From an uncultured Alphaproteobacteria bacterium (GTDB lineage: Bacteria > Pseudomonadota > Alphaproteobacteria > Micavibrionales > CSBR16-224): a stretch of DNA of 47,872 nucleotides. Under the pieces are notes generated by a model. The model worked only from the letters and a program-made list of their open reading frames with translations. It was not told the DNA's origin and did no database searches. Numbering within the stretch: position 1 is the first letter of the stretch; each line of letters starts with the position of its first letter. Location: positions 1-47,872 of the forward strand of contig CALDHH010000001.1 of assembly GCA_937941575.1 (NCBI GenBank), written 5' to 3'. This document shows positions 45,571 through 47,872 of this stretch, in pieces. A program made the position numbers and the translations under genes.

Positions 45571-45969
45571 ATGGATTCTAAATTTAATAACATAAATGTG
45601 CTTTCTTGTACTGCTGATATTGTATCAGCCCATGTTTCATATAATAAAATTGATGTTGATGATATTAGTTCATTGATAAAAGAAGTGTTTCAAACGCTTG
45701 ATGAACTGCATCATGAATTTGATTTGGATAAGATAAGGTTAAAACCTTATGTTCCAATATCTGAATCAATTATGCCAGATTACCTAGTTTGTCTGGAAGA
45801 TGGTAAAGAGCTTAAAATGCTAAAAAGATATTTAAAGACCACCCATAATTTAAGCCCAGATGAATATCGTAAGAAATGGGGATTGCCGAACGATTACCCA
45901 ATGGTTGCACCAAATTACGCCAAGAAGAGAAGTCAATTGGCAAAAGACAGTGGCTTGGGTAAAGATTAG
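45571..45969 (+). CDS. mucR: MucR/Ros-family transcriptional regulator with altered zinc-ligand positions
   Basis: TADIVSAHVSYN and CLEDGKELKMLKRYLKTTHNLSPDEYRKKWGLPNDYPMVAPNYAKKRSQLAKDSGLG. The start is taken at ATG 45571 (AAGGA SD) rather than the track GTG 45541. Confidence 0.85.
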   Translation: MDSKFNNINVLSCTADIVSAHVSYNKIDVDDISSLIKEVFQTLDELHHEFDLDKIRLKPYVPISESIMPDYLVCLEDGKELKMLKRYLKTTHNLSPDEYRKKWGLPNDYPMVAPNYAKKRSQLAKDSGLGKD

Positions 45970-45970
45970 A

Positions 45971-46606
45971 TTATCTTGGGATATTATTAAAGTTATCATA
46001 GGCAGTTAAAGAACGACCATATGTAGTAATCCAGCATAATATTCCAAATATTGCAGTAATAACTACAAAATAACTTGGCAATAAGCAGATCAGGATCAAA
46101 TATATAATTGTCTCAGTACCTTCAACAAGACCGTCAGCATGAAAGAAAGATTTTTTACCATTTTTTATAGTTTTTAGATTTATCTTCTCGGCAATTATTC
46201 CATAACATAGGAATGAGGTACCGGTACCAATGAATGAGAATATTATAAAACTCGCAGCTAATATAACACTAGTATCTCCATCATTAATATATTCTCCCAA
46301 AGCAAAAGAAAAAATTATTCCAGAATAGAATATAAAATCTAAAACAATATCTAAATATGCTCCAAAATCAGATGTTTGATTGGTTATTCTGGCGAATACC
46401 CCATCAAGACCATCAATTATTCTATTTAATATAATGAATGCTAATGCGATGTGATATACTTGGAAAATCATTGCTACACAAGCAATTAAGCCCATAGAAA
46501 AGCCAAAACAAGTAATGTTATTTGGTGATATTGGTAAGTTCTTAATAGCTTTAACAAATAGGTTAAGTGGCATATCAACATATTTTCTTATATGGGCATC
46601 AATCAT
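45971..46606 (-). CDS. CDP-alcohol phosphatidyltransferase family membrane protein
   Basis: DGLDGVFAR-x8-G-x3-D-x3-D motif (DGLDGVFARITNQTSDFGAYLDIVLD) and 5-6 TM helices. Confidence 0.8.
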   Translation of the reverse strand: MIDAHIRKYVDMPLNLFVKAIKNLPISPNNITCFGFSMGLIACVAMIFQVYHIALAFIILNRIIDGLDGVFARITNQTSDFGAYLDIVLDFIFYSGIIFSFALGEYINDGDTSVILAASFIIFSFIGTGTSFLCYGIIAEKINLKTIKNGKKSFFHADGLVEGTETIIYLILICLLPSYFVVITAIFGILCWITTYGRSLTAYDNFNNIPR

Positions 46607-46681
46607 TTTTCTTCTTTCTTATTTATTATTGGGATATAATGCATTATTAACTCCTAATATCAATGGTTTTTAAGGTCTCAT

Positions 46682-47407
46682 ATGTATGTTTTTATAATTA
46701 TGCTCTTATCCTTCTTCTTTATCAATTCAGCCTATGCTATTGATTTAGAAGATATAATTAAACGCTCAAATCAGGCTGTATATTTTAAAGGCGATAGTTT
46801 TAAATCTAAAATAGAAATTATAAATAAAATAAAGAATGGCAGTGAAAGCAATCTTGAGTTTTTATTTATAAGAAAAGATAATAAAGACGACATTAAGCAG
46901 AAATTATATATTGAGTTCTTAAGCCCAATTGATATGACTGAGACTAAGCTTTTAGTTGATAATTATAGAGTTAAAACATATTTTCCATCTTTTGAGATGG
47001 TAAAAGATTTAAATTTCCAAGATAAACATAAGAGTTTTTTTGGCAGTAGTTTCTCTTATGAAGATATAATTGGATTTAACCCAGAGAATTATAGAAAAGA
47101 ATTACTTAAAAACACAGACCGTCAATATATAATAAAATTAACCCCAAAGGTTCCAGAGGGTAATTTAAAATATTTTATATCCTATATTGATAATATAAAT
47201 TTAATGCCTAAGAAAATGGTGTTTTTTGATAATGACGGTAAAATATACCGCAAGAAAACGATTGAAACTATTAAGGCAATAGATGGTTATAGAACTGCAA
47301 CTGAAATCAAGGTAATTGATTATAATAAAAAACAAACAAGCTTTCTATATTTGAGTAATGTTGAATATGACCAAGATTTTCCTGATAATCTGTTTCAATT
47401 AAAGTAA
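46682..47407 (+). CDS. LolA-like outer membrane lipoprotein-sorting family protein
   Basis: Signal peptide and the pattern typical of this family (...FSYEDI..., size about 240 aa, beta-rich). Assigned by resemblance only. Confidence 0.55.
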   Translation: MYVFIIMLLSFFFINSAYAIDLEDIIKRSNQAVYFKGDSFKSKIEIINKIKNGSESNLEFLFIRKDNKDDIKQKLYIEFLSPIDMTETKLLVDNYRVKTYFPSFEMVKDLNFQDKHKSFFGSSFSYEDIIGFNPENYRKELLKNTDRQYIIKLTPKVPEGNLKYFISYIDNINLMPKKMVFFDNDGKIYRKKTIETIKAIDGYRTATEIKVIDYNKKQTSFLYLSNVEYDQDFPDNLFQLK

Positions 47408-47492
47408 ACTATTATATTGCTTACTTAATTTGATGTTAAGTCATCTTGGATTAATATTATTATAGAGTTACTTTTGATTGGAAAAAAACTAT

Positions 47493-47872
47493 ATGAGAAA
47501 TCTTAAAATTGGAATATCGGCTAGTTTCTATCATAAAGGCTCAGTCCATCAACATAAAACAATGGTTTTTGCCGAAGAGGGGCTACTCCAATGGCTCGGG
47601 CAAGCTGGTGTAATGCCTTACCTAATCCCAAGATTTGCAGGCGGTATATCAATTAAAGAGTTTTTAAGTGATTTAGATGGAGTTATTTTAAGTGGTGGAG
47701 CCGATATATCACCAAAATCATATGGTGAAGAAGCATTAAAGCCAGAATGGGCAGGGGATTTTGAACGAGATCAATATGATCTGGAAGTTTTTAACACCGC
47801 CATAGAGATGAATAAACCAATATTGGGCATATGCCGTGGTCATCAATTAATCAATGTCGCAATGGGTGGCAC
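47493..47872 (+). CDS. Class I glutamine amidotransferase-like, peptidase C26 / gamma-glutamyl-GABA hydrolase (PuuD-like); N-terminal part, runs off the right edge
   Basis: My translation is MRNLKIGISAS...GVILSGGADISPKSYGEE...RDQYDLEVFNTAIEMNKPILGICRGHQLINVAMGG, with the nucleophile Cys in GICRGHQ. Confidence 0.8.
   Translation, partial: MRNLKIGISASFYHKGSVHQHKTMVFAEEGLLQWLGQAGVMPYLIPRFAGGISIKEFLSDLDGVILSGGADISPKSYGEEALKPEWAGDFERDQYDLEVFNTAIEMNKPILGICRGHQLINVAMGG

Overview
This is a strongly AT-rich proteobacterial chromosome segment. MucR/Ros, rplU-rpmA-obg, yajC-secD-secF and ydbH-ynbE-ydbL suggest an alphaproteobacterium-like organism, but the lineage cannot be fixed from sequence alone. 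Most of the window is housekeeping backbone: lysA, MscS, rluD, a system II cytochrome c biogenesis operon, lpdA, obg/L27/L21, bcp, deoC plus an aldehyde dehydrogenase, a DEAD-box helicase, lptD, a DASS transporter, SecDF, sodB, tsaB and mucR. I found no tRNA, rRNA, CRISPR array, transposase or integrase. Lineage-specific gene sets with no function I can recognise sit between the backbone genes. The best candidates for something undescribed are listed here. (1) 18.7-23.0 kb: a three-gene operon behind a near-consensus promoter, made of a divergent TelA-like (toxic anion resistance family) protein and two same-sized unknown proteins that may be old duplicates. (2) 5.6-7.6 kb: a clear TerD calcium-binding stress protein directly after a Na+/Ca2+ exchanger, followed by a tandem pair of about 60% identical unknown proteins with a glycine-rich hydrophobic hairpin, non-ATG starts and their own promoter. 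(3) 33.1-35.3 kb: a promoter-led set of a small acidic protein, a 373-aa protein with two glycine-zipper hydrophobic hairpins, and an HD phosphohydrolase. (4) 41.6-42.4 kb: a tandem pair of small paralogous proteins with their own promoter. TerD and TelA belong to the same Ter-type membrane stress network, yet the usual partners (TerB, TerC, TerZ/A/E, XpaC, KlaA/TelB) are absent, so both may work with new partners. All family calls rest on motif recognition by eye. No searches were run.
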